Shown here: positions 1 through 13,346 of the stretch, piece after piece | Position numbering within the stretch: position 1 is the stretch's first letter | Layout: each line of letters opens with the position of its first letter | Assembly: GCF_006345805.1 (NCBI RefSeq) | Contig: NC_043010.1 | Location: 11,222,001 to 11,286,000 of the forward strand | DNA length: 64,000 nucleotides | Reading direction: 5' to 3' | DNA from: Octopus sinensis | Taxonomy: Eukaryota | Program-made: the position numbers and the translations under genes | The notes under the pieces: model-generated | What the model was told of the DNA's origin: nothing | Databases searched by the model: none | Seen by the model: only the letters and a program-made list of their open reading frames with translations

Positions 1-61
1 AGATTTAGGAGATGATGCAGTTCTAGAAATTACTAAGATTATAGGATAGTCATGATTGAAA

Positions 62-480
62 TACTCTCTCTTTACTCTTTTACTTGTTTCACTCATGTGA
101 CTGTGGCCATGCTGGAGCACCGCCTTTAGTCGATCAAATCGACCCCGGGACTTATTCTTTGTAAGCCTAGTATTTATTTTATCGGTCTCTTTTTTGCCGA
201 ACCGCTAAGTTATGGGGACGTAAACACACCAGCATCGGTTATCAAGCGATGTTGGGAGGACAAATACAGACACACAAATACGCACATACAAATATACATA
301 TATATATACATATATACGACGGGCTTCTTTCAGTTTCCGTCTGCCATATCCACTCACAAGGGTTTGGTTGGCCCAAGGCTATAGTAGAAGACACTTACCC
401 AAGGTGCCACACAGTCGGACTGAACCCGGAAACATGTGGTTCGTAAGCAAGCTACTTACCACACAGCCACTCCTACGCCT
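62..480 (-). mobile_element. tRNA-derived SINE family A, young copy
   Basis: Minus strand: AGGCGTAGGAGTGGCTGTGTGGTAAG head (A box), GGGTTCAGTCC (B box), internal (TA/CA)n, (AAAAGAGT)n tail; highly similar to more than 10 copies in the window. Confidence 0.9.
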
Positions 481-1080
481 ATAATACCTCCAATAATCAG
501 AGCAGATGTGGTGTCAAGCAGTAACTAGAACAACCATTGCAAACTTTTATATTTACATATACAGGTATGTTGATGTAAACAGGAAAAATAGAACTCAAAA
601 TATGAAAATATGAGTATATGCATATTTTTGCCAATGCACAAAATTCTCGAACCTTGAGTCACTTTGTTACTTCTGCTAGATACTAATAATAAATACATTT
701 ATATGTATATACATACATACATGTATACATACATATGTATACAGTCATTTAAAAAATTTTTTATTTGAATAGTCATACAGATCCCACTGCAGGAGCCTGT
801 TCTGCTTCTCTCTCCCATAGTATTTCCTTCATCCCCTGGCATGAAGCTGACCCCCATCTACTCAGGGACTCCAAGTCCTGTGAACTATATGGCAGCCTGA
901 ATGGTGCAGATGGCATGAAAATATACATCCAGTCCATGCTATAAAGTAGTTGGTGTTAGGAAACCATGCAAAAACAGTCATTGGAGCATAATGCAGTCCT
1001 TCAACACAGCCAAACTGGAACATGAACATTAAATGATAACGATGGTGAAGATGATGAAGATAATGATAATGATGATTTTT

Positions 1081-1400
1081 AGGTGTGGCTATGTAGGTAA
1101 GAACCTTGCTTTGCAGCCATATTCTTTTGGGTTCAGTCCCACTGTGTGGAACCTTGAGGAAGTATCTTCTACCATAACCCTGGGCTGACCAAAGCCTTGT
1201 AAGTGGGGTTGGTAGACAGAAACTGAAAGAATCCTGTTGTAGTGATATACATGTGTGTGTGTGTGTGTGTGTGTATATAGATCCATATATATCCCTTTGT
1301 CTTTGTGTTGCACTTATCTCTCACCACTGCTTCACAAATGATGTTGGTTTGTTTACATTCCTTTAAATTAGTAGTTCAGCAAAAGAGAACTGATAGAAGA
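1081..1400 (+). mobile_element. SINE family A, diverged copy
   Basis: Degenerate head tggctatgtaggtaag...gggttcagtccc and core aaagccttgt...aactgaaaga. Confidence 0.7.
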
Positions 1401-1630
1401 AGCACCAACATGATCACTGTCCAATGACTGAAACAACTAAAAGGCAAAAGAAAGTCACACAGACAATACATACAGTGTTTTTCAACAAGAATTATTCACC
1501 CTATTTCATGTTGTATATAAGAATTTTACATGGTAGCATCTGCAGCGTAATTGGCACCTCTGAAATATCTGATCTTAACTTACTTGCAGCTTTTGAATTT
1601 ATCAGTATTCACTATACAATTTTTTGCTAG

Positions 1631-2199
1631 TTTCAGTCATTTGACTGCGGCCATGCTGGAGCACCCCCTTTAGCCGAGCAAATTGCCCCTCAGGACTTAT
1701 TCTTTGTAAGCCTAGTACTTGTTCCATCGGTCTCTTTTGCCGAACTGATAAGTTGTGAGGGGAAATAAACACACCAGCATCGGTTGTCAATAGACACACA
1801 AACATATACACATACATACATATATATATATATATACATATATACGATGGGCTTCTTTCAGTTTCCATCCACCAAATCCACTCACAAGGCTTTGGTCAGC
1901 CCGAGGCTATAGTAGAAGACACTTGCCCAAGGTGCTGAACTGATAAGTTGCGGGGGGAAATAATCACACCAGCATCGATGTCATAGACACACAAACATAC
2001 ACACACATACATATATATATATATATACATATATACGACAGGATTCTTTCAGTTTCCATCCACCAAATCCACTCACAAGGCTTTGGTCAGCCCAAGGCTA
2101 TAGTAGAAGACACTTGCCCAAGGTGCCATGCAGTTGGACTGAACCTGAAACCATGTGGTTCGTAAGCAAGCTACTTATCACACAGCCACTCCTGCACCT
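1631..2199 (-). mobile_element. SINE family A copy with internal 195-bp tandem duplication
   Basis: Family A body; the segment starting gaactgataagttg occurs at 1742 and 1937. Confidence 0.88.
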
Positions 2200-2780
2200 A
2201 TCTGAGGAATGTCTACAAAGTCTACACCTTCTTATTGATAAGGCCAATGTAATTACCATCATCTTCATCCTCTCCTCCTCATCATCATCATCACCAGCAG
2301 CAGTAGCAGCAGCAACAGCAGCATCACCTCCACCATCACCATCACCATTGTCATCGTCATCATTACTGTCATCATTTTTCGCGTCCTTGTTGTCACAAAC
2401 TTATCATCATCATCATCATCGCTTACCCTATTCTTTTTTAACTCAGGTTTTCCCTTGTATGCGAGAAGCTACAGATAACTACCAGAATGAATTCTAATCG
2501 AAATAAGCAAAACAGAGATTAAAAAAGGAGGCACTTTTAGAAAAGTTGCCTGATGAGGCACATCTCCACTGAAGGAAGCACCACAACTATTTAAACAACT
2601 TCTCACCCACGAGGGACCAATGTACGATGGATCAAAATGATCGTAGAGATTAATAAAGTATCACGTGAATTCCATTTTCTTTCTCTTTTCTCTCTTATAT
2701 TATTCTAATTTTCTATACAATGGACAGGCTTACAAAACTGAATTTCTTGATACAGATTGATCTTTGAAAAATATTTTCAA

Positions 2781-3182
2781 CTAGCAGTATCGCCCGGCGT
2801 TGCTCGGGTTTGTAAGGGAAATAACTATATAAGCATTTTTAGAGAGTTATAGCCAAAAAATAGCCAAAAAATGCATTGAAAATGGAAAAAAAATGATGGT
2901 AAATTTTTTTTTAAATCGTTGACTCATCGTAGACATTTTTAGAGAGTTACTTCCCTTATATAATAGCGAAAAAATGCATTAAAATGGAAAAAAATGATGG
3001 TAAATTTTTTTTTTTAATCGTAGACTCATCGTAGACGCGTGCTAATACCCAGAAGGGCTCGATATGAATCACGTCTATAAGATACCCGGTTTTGGTTATA
3101 CTGCACCGCAAAATGTGGGAGTAGTTAGGAATCTAAATCGTAGGAGACACACAGCATACAACTTCACTTTTATATATAAAGA
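2781..3182 (-). mobile_element. Non-autonomous Helitron (402 bp)
   Basis: Minus strand starts TC(TTTATATATAAAA), ends CTAG, with CCCGAGCAACGCCGGG hairpin just upstream of CTAG; sits between A and T without TSD; related copies at 41627 and 45052. Confidence 0.88.
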
Positions 3183-3872
3183 TGAACCCCACAATATTCC
3201 ACATGTTGGATCAAAACACATCCTATCATCTTAAAAAAAAATTTGCATCTGGTACTACATTGGATAACAGGTTTAGATACATGCTGACAAAACAAAAAAA
3301 AAAAGGTATGTTTCGCAACTGTAAGGCTTTTGAACAAAGACCTACTCCATTGGAGGCTGTTGAAATAGGAATGGTATTTAAACAACAAAGATAACAACAA
3401 GAGCAGGTATCAACCCATCGCACATTACATTTAATTCTAGGATACAATAACAGGGCTTATTTTGAAAGTGTTCATGTTTGTTCCTGTTTAAATAAAAAAA
3501 AACTTTCCATTGATGAGTTTATGTAAGAGCCTTTTGTTCGGTTGCGTTTTCAAACACCAACTTTTAATAAGAATAAAGTTAGCTGTTTTACAAAATCCTT
3601 TCAAAATATTGATTATTTTCATAATTAATTCAAACAGAGAGCCAGGCTTATTTTGTCTGAAATATGTTCATAAAAGGGCTTGCAAAAAAAAAAAAAATGC
3701 AGATATCGCTGCAGATGACACATACAATGCACACGTACACACACACACACACACACACTCACACTCACTCACACACACGCACACACACACATACACTCAC
3801 ACGCCCATACACATATGCATATAAACATTAATATATACATATATACATATATACATATATACATACACATAC

Positions 3873-3903
<31 letters not shown>

Positions 3904-3965
3904 CATATATATATATATATAATATATATATATATATAAATAAATAAATATATATATATAAATAA

Positions 3966-4037
<72 letters not shown>

Positions 4038-4050
4038 AAATATGTATGTA

Positions 4051-4083
<33 letters not shown>

Positions 4084-4179
4084 GTATGGCTGGATTCTGA
4101 AGGATTGCTCATAGCAAGAAGAACTGAGATGTAACAGAATGAATTAACAATTTTAAATGAATAAATATACACTACTATA

Positions 4180-5058
4180 CAAGGTGCATTCCAGAAGTTT
4201 TGAGACTTTTTCAGGAGAGCCATTTATTAATTTCAAAGAAGTACAAAACTCTAATCTCCTTCAAAGTTGGATCCTCTGACCTCAATGCCCTTGCTGTAGT
4301 GCTCCATCCACTTCGTGAAGGCTCCAAGGAAGTCCTCCAAAGTGAAGATGTCCAGGACCCTTGTCACAGCCTTCTCCATTTGTCTCCTTCAGCTTGGAGA
4401 ACAGCCAAAAGCCACAGGAAGCAAGGTCTGGACTGTAGGGTGGGTGAGGGGACAGTTTTGATGCCCATCTCTGTCAAGTGGCTGGTTACCAGGATGGAAC
4501 TGTAGACTGGTGGGTGTATTGCCCTGGTCTAAGTGCTCAGGCCTTTTGCAATGAAATCTCTTCTTGAACTCCCTCAAAACCTCCACAAAGTACTCTGTTC
4601 ACAGTCCAGCCAGAGGGAACCCAGTGGATGTAGATGATGCATTTGCTGTTGATAAAGGGCATCATCGTGAGCTTCCCAGGAGGCATGCTTTGCTTGGCTG
4701 ATTTTACCAGCAAAAACAGGTGCTCAGCTCATACAAGGTAATCCATAAGTTGTCTGGAATATTTCATTAGTTTCTGCAATGTTTTTTTTCCAGTTTAACA
4801 CAAAACTTTATTGAATAGTGAGCTTCCATATTGTCTTCCTGTCCCAACTGCATTCTTCAAACTAGCCGGCTGTGGCAAGCAGTTTTTAGTAGGGTATGTT
4901 CAAAGTGCTGTTAGAGCCGTCTCCTTCAATCTGGAATAACAAAAATTGGTAGGTCAGCTTGTTAGATGTAGAGTAATGAAATAGTAAAATTACAATAATC
5001 TAGAACATTTATAACTATCTCACCGAAAAGAGTCTCAAAACTTCTGAAATGCACCTCA
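4180..5058 (-). mobile_element. Internally deleted mariner element with both TIRs
   Basis: 28-bp TIRs 4180-4207 and 5031-5058 (CAAGGTGCATTCCAGAAGTTTTGAGACT / TGAGGTGCATTTCAGAAGTTTTGAGACT), TA on both sides; frameshifted transposase pieces IKFCVKL, HWVPSG, EVLREF, PYSPDLASCGFWLFSKLKE (YSPDLAP motif). Confidence 0.92.
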
Positions 5059-5117
5059 TATGTATTACATATTCTTTCCTAATTTGTACACCTAATGATT
5101 ATATAAGCATGCATGCA

Positions 5118-5166
<49 letters not shown>

Positions 5167-5262
5167 ACAAAGGGTAAAATTAATTAAGTAAGAAGTAATC
5201 AGTAATTTCACCAATTAGAATTTGGCATGAAAAAGACCATTTCATGGTAAGCTTAAGTAATA

Positions 5263-5412
5263 CTTTATAATTAGGGTTCAGAAAAATCAAAGTTACTTTG
5301 GTTTTTCTGGGAGCCCCTTTTAAAGTAGAAGGAATAGCTAAGATTTTTTGACTGCTATTTCTAAACTTCAGTATATGGTGAAGCAAATCTTTGCTGAACC
5401 CTAATTATAAAG
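5263..5412. mobile_element. 150-bp TA-flanked mini inverted-repeat element (Tc1/mariner-type MITE)
   Basis: Perfect 19-bp inverted ends CTTTATAATTAGGGTTCAG (5263-5281, 5394-5412), TA on both sides; truncated second copy at 6614-6733. Confidence 0.6.
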
Positions 5413-5438
5413 TATATATATATATAAATTAGGAATAT

Positions 5439-5655
5439 GCAGTCTTCGAAACATATGTCGAGAATAAAGGAATTTTGTTAAATCGTCGTTCAACTCCATT
5501 CTTTCATTTATTTGTATTAAAAAAAACACACAAATTTCCACACGAAAGCACATGATCTCTGCCCTTGGCATGTAGCTTCAACCGTGTTTTCTGACGTGAA
5601 TTTGCTACCCGGGTATCGGTTAACCGAATTATCCATACTAGGATTATTCATTCAA
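5439..5655 (+). mobile_element. Penelope-like pLTR fragment starting with the 3' half of a minimal hammerhead ribozyme
   Basis: GCAGTCTTC-GAAA-C-ATAT-GTC then AATAAA; near-identical reverse copy at 42962-43188. Confidence 0.55.
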
Positions 5656-6007
5656 CGACTTATATATATATATGTATATATGCACACACATATATATACA
5701 TATATTGATAAACATACACACATGCAAACATGCAGACACATACACATATGCATACACACATACACACATGTATATATTCTACCCAAAAACTGCTTTCCGT
5801 GTAGATTTTTAAACTGGCTCCAGCAGAGGGCAGTTTGGCCTTTGGCATAAAGTAAGATTGTAAAGCTGAAGACTTTTTCAAAAGAAGACATTATCATCAT
5901 CACCACCATCACAATCACCATTGACATTCTCAATAATTCTTTATTTGTATAAATATATCTATCATTTGAAAATTTGTCAAACCGAAACCCCACTTGATCT
6001 TCTAGAG

Positions 6008-6256
6008 CAATGGTTCTTAACTGGGGTCCACAAGGACCTTAGAGGCCCACATAAGATTTTGCTGTTGAAATTTATGAGCAATAAATTGGTTGTACTTCTA
6101 CAAAACACAAAATGTTTCAGTTATCTTTTGATGCAATTCCTAATAGTATTTAATTATAAAACTGCAATGGGACTTTTTAAACATCAAATTTCTATGGGGA
6201 TCCAGTAGAGTAAAATAGGGATCAAAGGGGATAAAGAAAATGGTTAAGAAACACTG
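6008..6256. mobile_element. hAT (Buster/Charlie-type) MITE 1
   Basis: TIRs CAATGGTTCTTAAC / CAGTGTTTCTTAAC; exact 8-bp TSD TTCTAGAG at 6000-6007 and 6257-6264. Confidence 0.85.
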
Positions 6257-6264
6257 TTCTAGAG

Positions 6265-6452
6265 CAGTCCCCTGCAACTCATATGCTGCAGCACACTGGT
6301 ATTACACCTGATGATGATAGGTGTGCCACAGTTTCACCTGAATATAATTTTACCCCCCATCCTTCATATTTTTAGTTATATTTCTAGTTCAGGTGTGCCA
6401 CTGAATTTTGGAAAGAAGTGTACCGCAACTGAAAAAAGGTTGCAGAGCACTG
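6265..6452. mobile_element. hAT MITE 2, sharing the target site of MITE 1
   Basis: TIRs CAGTCCCCTGCAAC / CAGTGCTCTGCAAC; flanked by TTCTAGAG and CTCTAGAG (6453-6460). Confidence 0.8.
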
Positions 6453-6724
6453 CTCTAGAGCCTTAGCACCACCACTGCTTTCTAGTGGTTTGTCTACTTT
6501 AAAGCTTTACCCCACAATTATGTTGATTCAAAATCCATTGGAATTTCTTCTCAAACTTTTGCTGGCTTTTGCAAAGTTTTTCTCTCATGGCTACAGATTT
6601 TTTTTTAAAAATTTTTTTCTGGGAGCCCCTTTTAAAGTAGAAGGAATAGCTAAGATTTTTTGACTGCTATTTCTAAACTTCGGTATGTGGTGAAGCAAAT
6701 CTTTGCTGAACCCTAATTATAAAG

Positions 6725-6767
<43 letters not shown>

Positions 6768-7037
6768 TGTGATCACGTGACCGACCAGACCATCAGATTT
6801 GTTACACATCGCTGGTCACAATGCGTTTGCATTGTTTTAGCCTTCGATTGATACCACCCCACTGGCTATATATATATAATCATATGTACTTATTATTGAT
6901 ATAATATATCAATTTTTTTCTCACTTCAGTAGGGTAGGAAGGAAAGAATTTGTTCAAGAGGAAACTTCTAGCTATGAGACATCTTATCCCTAAGCAACAT
7001 TAAAATGCTTTATTACCAAAGCACTTGCAAAAGTTAA

Positions 7038-7233
7038 CCCATTTGTTACCATATTTCTGTTGAGACGCACTGTTTACTTCAATTAATTTAGATATAATGA
7101 AGAATTTAGTAAGATCATTTTTAAGCTAGTGGTAGGAATGTAAACTAAGACTAAGTTTTGGTGGAACTTTTGAAAACAATACAGTTGTACTAGAGAGCTG
7201 GGGGCAATCTCAAGCAGGTTGGTATCAATAGGG
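7038..7233. mobile_element. piggyBac-type MITE
   Basis: TTAA at 7034-7037 and 7234-7237; TIRs CCCATTTGTTACC / CCCTATTGATACC. Confidence 0.7.
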
Positions 7234-7300
7234 TTAAAAGAGCCCCTAAAAGGTTAATTATTTTTATTGCTTTTCATCAAGTTTTTAAGTACTTTTTTTT

Positions 7301-7703
7301 CTTTTACTTGTTTCAGTGATTTGACTGCGGCCATGCTGGAGCACCACCTTTAGTTGAGCAAATCGACCCCGGGACTTATTCTTTGTAAGCCCAGTACTTA
7401 TTCTATTGGTCTCTTTTTGCCGAACCGCTAAGTGACGGGAACGTAAACACACCAGCATCAGTTGTCAAGCAATGCTAGGGGGACAAACACAGACACACAA
7501 ACATATACACATACATATATATATAAATATGCATATATACGACAGGCTTCTTTCAGTTTCCGTCTACCAAATCCACTCACAAGGCATTGGTCGGCCCGGG
7601 GCTATAGCAGAAGACACTTGCCCAAGATGCCATGCAGTGGGACTGAACCCGGAACCATGTGGTTGGTTAGCAAGCTACTTACCACACAGTCACTCCTGCG
7701 CCT
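7301..7703 (-). mobile_element. SINE family A, young copy
   Basis: Full head-to-tail match to the family. Confidence 0.9.
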
Positions 7704-8142
7704 ATGTTTAATATAATTCTCCAACCAATGTCCAGCATGTTTCCTCTGTACATTCCAACTTCTATGATTATAATTCTTAATTCCTACTTCGCTCCTTGCA
7801 AGAATTAAAAAACAGTTATAGGGAGCACTAAGTTTTACCCCACAGGTTGATGGACCAAAGTAGCACAGCAACTCTACCAGGGTTACCCTGACTCCAAATA
7901 TGTACCATATGTGCCATTTTATTAGGGTGGACACCACTCCAGAGGATCTGAATATATAATCCAGGAAACCATTTGAATGAATATTTTTATATATATATAT
8001 ATGTGTGCCATGAGCTACTAGCATCTCTGGGGATGAAAGTTGGTTACGCCTTTCCTAACAATGGTCTAACAAGATTAGATACTAGTTCATTGATACCATT
8101 TTCTTCTACGCTCAAAGAGAGAAAGCTATTTTTTCTTTTGCA

Positions 8143-8537
8143 TACTCTCTCTTTTACTCTTTTACTTGTTTCAGTCATTTGACTGCGGCCATGCTGGAGC
8201 ACCGCCTTTAATCGAGCAACTCGACCCCGGGACTTATTCTTTTGTAAGCCCAGTATTATTCTATCGGTCTCTTTTTGCCGAACCGCTAAGTGACGGGGAC
8301 GTAAACACACAAGCATCGGTTGTCAAACAATGCTAGGGGGACAAACACACACACGTATATATATACATATATATACGACGGGCTTCTTTCAGTTTCTGTC
8401 TACCAAATCCACTCACAAGGCTTTGGTTGGCCCGAGGCTATAGCAGAAGACACTTGCCCAAGGTGCCATGCAGTGGGACTGAACCCGGAACCATGTGGTT
8501 GGTAAACAAGCTACTTACCACAGCCACTCCTGCGCCT
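8143..8537 (-). mobile_element. SINE family A, young copy
   Basis: Full head-to-tail match with (AAAAGAGT)n tail. Confidence 0.9.
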
Positions 8538-8884
8538 ATACTAGTTCATTGATGCCATTTTCTTCAAACTATTTTTTTCTTTTGCATCTTTCATTATTTT
8601 CTCCAAGACTCTTTCAGGAGGTTTTTCTTCTCTTTGTCCCTTCCCACTGCTGTCATACTCAACATTGTTCACTTCTGACTCCAATATATGTTTATTACAA
8701 AAACTTATACTTGATATTTTAAATTACTATGTTGTACACTTTGAATTATAGTTGTTACTATTGTTGCTGCTGCTGCCAATACTGCTGCAGTTGCTGTTGT
8801 TATTGTTATTGTTGTTGTTGTTGTTATTATTTTTATTATTCTTATTATCATTAAGCTGATACATGCTAATTTAATTAACAGGAA

Positions 8885-9095
8885 TTTTATCATTGGGTTT
8901 GTAACAACAAATCTCCACAAAGCTTGAGAACTTTTCTTAGGATTCTTTCAGAATATAGGATGGTACTTTTCTGTAGGTCAACAAAGAGAGTTTCAATTCC
9001 AATCTTTTTCAGTCTTTCAGATAGCATTTTGGGTTTTATGCTAATTGCATTAATTACCACAGGAATAATTATCCCCTTAATCTTCCGCAGTCTCT
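8885..9095 (-). mobile_element. 3' end of an RLE-type (R4/Dong-like) LINE inside a trinucleotide tract
   Basis: IIPVVINAISIKPKMLSERLKKIGIETLFVDLQKSTILYSERILRKVLKL resembles the C-terminus of the 52843 element; flanked by (AAT/AAC)n on the element strand. Confidence 0.65.
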
Positions 9096-9137
9096 TATTT
9101 ATCATTATCATCATCATCATCATCATTATTATTATTA

Positions 9138-9199
<62 letters not shown>

Positions 9200-9869
9200 T
9201 TCTTTTCTTTTGGTTTTGGAAGGAAGACAACGCTCATAACCTTTCACCAAATAACAATGATCAGCGTTAGTTTGAAAGAATGGTAATCTTAACCTCTTTC
9301 ACTGCAAAATTAAATATTATGGCTATTCCAATAATGACGTTAAATATCTACCAAAAAATTTGTTCTGTTATTACTATTATTGTTTTTTGTATTTATATTC
9401 GTGTGGCATCGTCCATTTTTCTGTCCTTGTTTCGTATACATTCGATCCTTTTTCCAAGAAATCTAATGCTCGTAGCTTAGTTTTTCCTAGGGGCTGGCCA
9501 GATCGGAGCGATCTCAAGATTAATCAGCCGAAATTGCGAGGATGATCCGGTTCTTGACTGAAGATTAGAGGCTTCGAATGACCCGTCCGTTTTTTGTGTC
9601 GTCTCTTTGAGTGTTTTGCGTTCTTGTCCCATTTTGTATTTTTATATATATTTTTTATACATACATACATATATATATGTATAAATATTAAAGTATGCAT
9701 TTCACTCCACATGTATACTATGAACAATCAGTGTCTGATGAATGTACTTGTTGTGTATGCAAAACTATTAGTAGCACATGTAATACATGTGGAGTGTATT
9801 ACATGCATTAATATTGGACTCGCGTTAGATAGAGTACTCTTCTTGTAGATCTTTTTACGCAGATAAATT

Positions 9870-9906
<37 letters not shown>

Positions 9907-10099
9907 CCCAAAATGGGACAAGAACGCAAAACATCCAGACAGCTAGGTGAAATAAAAAAAAGAAAAACAAAATAAATATCCAAACAGACAATACAAGGAA
10001 AACAAGGACGGATCATTCGAATTTCCTATATATATGTGTATATATATATATATATATAGTAATTTGATCTATGTATATATGTATATGTATATATGTAAT

Positions 10100-10142
<43 letters not shown>

Positions 10143-10569
10143 CATCATATTATCATCTTCCTCCTCATCATCATCATCCAGTGTTTTGTATCTGGCTTTT
10201 GTTCCCATTGACGGGGGTGGCCAGATCTATCTCAGTGCTATAGCAACTGAGGTAGGCAGGTGAACACTACCCCAACCTTTGGGCTGGCTGTTGCCCATTC
10301 TCTTTTGTTATCATGAGGTTTTTTGGGGGCTGGATTTTTCTATGGGGAGCATGCCCTTGCTTACTCCCAACCTCAGTTTATAGACATGAGTGGTCCCAAG
10401 ACTGAGGCCTCTACCATGATTTTTAAGAAATGTTGTGGAAAACTATCTCAGGAAGGCAGGGACGCTACTCCCTGAGACACCTTTCAGAGCCTCTCTACCT
10501 ATTACATATATATATATATATACACACACACACTCATATATGCACACACACACGCACACACACATATAT

Positions 10570-11003
10570 CTTTTACTCTTTTACTCTTTTACTTGTTTCA
10601 GTCATTTGACTGCGGGCATGCTGGAGCACCGCCTTTAGTCGAGCAAATCGACCCCGGGACTTATTCTTGTAAGCCAGTCCAGTACTTATTCTATCGGTCT
10701 CTTTTGCTGAACTGCTAAGTGACGGGATGTAGCACACAGCATCGGTTGTCAAGCAATGCTAGGGGGACAAACACAGACACACAAACACATACTTATATAA
10801 TTTATATATATATATATATATCTATATATATACATATATACGACAGGCTTCTTTCAGTTCCGTCTACCAAATCCACTCACAAGGCATTGGTCGGCCCAGG
10901 GCTATAGCAGAAGACACTTTCCCAAGATGCCACGCAGTGGGGCTGAACCCGGAACCATGTGGTTGGTTAGCAAGCTACTTACCACACAGCCACTCCTGCG
11001 CCT
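10570..11003 (-). mobile_element. SINE family A, young copy
   Basis: Full match to the family. Confidence 0.9.
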
Positions 11004-12956
11004 ATATATATATTTCTCTGTTTACATGTACATTTATGTGTTATAATGAAATTGTATGTTTGCATACAGATAGATTCAAGCTCAGAAGTATTGTCTCAGC
11101 AAACTGAATCAGTAACATTTGTAAATAAAGCTCTAAGTAAATGCATTTTACATTTTACATTCTCTCTTTCTCAAATATCTTTCTGTATATTTAAATTATG
11201 TATTTATAAACAAAACAAAAAAAAAACCCCAAAAAATAGCCTATCAATTAATTGTTAACCTCTGTTAGTGTGTATGAGTATATGTGTTGGTGTGTGTGTG
11301 TGTGTGTGTGTGCACGTGTGCATATGTGCATATGTGTGTGTGTGTACGCATGCACATGATGTATGCTTAAAAGTTCATTCTATTAAAGAAAATTCTAAGT
11401 AAATTACATTTATTTGTTACGGTTATTATTCTCAGAGATATTTAGAAATATTGTGAAGAACAGCCATTTTAAATTTCTCTAATTACTCTATATAATTATG
11501 TTAGCTACAAATAAATTGTATTTCATTTATTAATTCTTATCCAGCCATTTCTTATAACAATCCATTTCACAGAGATTCCACTGAAATAATAAACAACATG
11601 CCCTTACCAGACCTACTTCAGCTTACTTCTCCAAGAAGCTATTCAATCAATCATCTTATGATTCCCTGCCAAATTCCCCTGCCCATTGAGCCACTACCAC
11701 AGAATTAAGGTTTAGCTAATCTACAGAACGCATGAATGATGGAGGTATCAAAGCATGGAATTTAGATTAAAAGCTATCGTGTTTGCAAATCACTACCTTA
11801 AATATTCATTACAAAGGAGTTTTAATTAAAATCTTGAAATATGGTGTGTTTGGTGGACTGGGAAATATGGCAGTCAGCAGAAAGATTATTGCAGAATATG
11901 TTGTGGTGAAAAATGGTCAACAGTAAACTATAGCTTGGAGATAACAGCATGAAAGATATTATGTGATAAGCTGGGAGGAATATGGGGGCGACTGAATTGG
12001 CTCCTTTACAAAATTTGACCTTTTGCCTAAATGAAAATATCTATTTTATGGTATGCTGTAGAATAATCTATTAATTAATTCTAAGCTACTACTGTAAGTG
12101 AATATATAGTAAGTCTTATAATCCATTGTATTGTCAGAGAAAACACTGGAATTTTGGTAAATCATCTAAGGCAATGTTTGCCAATCTATGGATCACAGAA
12201 TAATTCACAAAGGCAAAATCTTTTACTAATGAAATGTTTGATCACATGCAAAATGTTCATAGTTATATTATGCAATGTGTAACAGATATTGTAAAGATGA
12301 TAATACAACATTTCTAAGTGAAAAAAAATACTAAATGTGAAAGAATTAAACTTTTTGAAATCGTTTCTTTTCTACTTGATTATTAAAAAAAAATAATAAT
12401 AATAAACATAAAAACACAAAGGAGCTTCTATAATTAAAAATTTATCCAAAATTAGTTTCAATGGTAGAATGCTTGTAACCACTGATTTAAGGCAAGTCAC
12501 TTGTTGAGTCCTTTTTTTTTTTGTCCTTTGCCACTTTTTACAGGCAAACTGCACCATCATGGGATAGCTATTTACTATTGGCACACGTATGGCTATGTGG
12601 GTAAGAAGTTTACTTTGCAACTCAATGGCTCAGGGTTCATTCTCACCACTTGACATGACACTGTGGACAAGTATCCTACACAAAAGCCTCAGGCTGACAT
12701 TCGCATATATGCATATACGTATGTATATACATACATGCATAGATTGCTAGATACATAAACAGACGGACAGACAGGTAGGTAGGTAGGTAGATAGAATGAC
12801 AGACAGATGTGTGTGTGTGTGTATGTGTGTGTGTGTGTGTGTGTCTGTGTGAGTGTCTGTGTCTGTGTGTCTGTGTGTGTCTATAAATTTGCATGTGTTT
12901 GTGTCTTCTCGTTGTTTACTTACATTGATTGCAATAAAATGTCCAGCTATTAAGTA

Positions 12957-13346
12957 CTTTTACTTGTTTCAGTCATTTGACTGCGGCCATGCTGGAGCAC
13001 CGCCTTTAGTCGAGCAAATCGACCCCAGAACTTATTCTTTGTCAGCCCAGTACTTATTCTATCGGTCTCTTTTGCCGAACTGCTAAGTGACGGGGACGTA
13101 AACACACCAGCATCGGTTGTCAAGCAATGCTAGGGGGACAAACACACACACACAAACGCACACACATGCACATATATACATATATACGACAGGCTTCTTT
13201 CAGTTTCTGTCTACCAAATCCACTCACAAGGCATTGGTCGGCCCAGGGCTATAGCAGAAGACACTTGCCCAAGATGCCACGCAGTGGGACTGAACCCGGA
13301 ACCATGTGGTTGGTAAGCAAGCTACTTACCAGATAGCCACTCCTGC
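12957..13346 (-). mobile_element. SINE family A, young copy
   Basis: Full match to the family. Confidence 0.9.
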
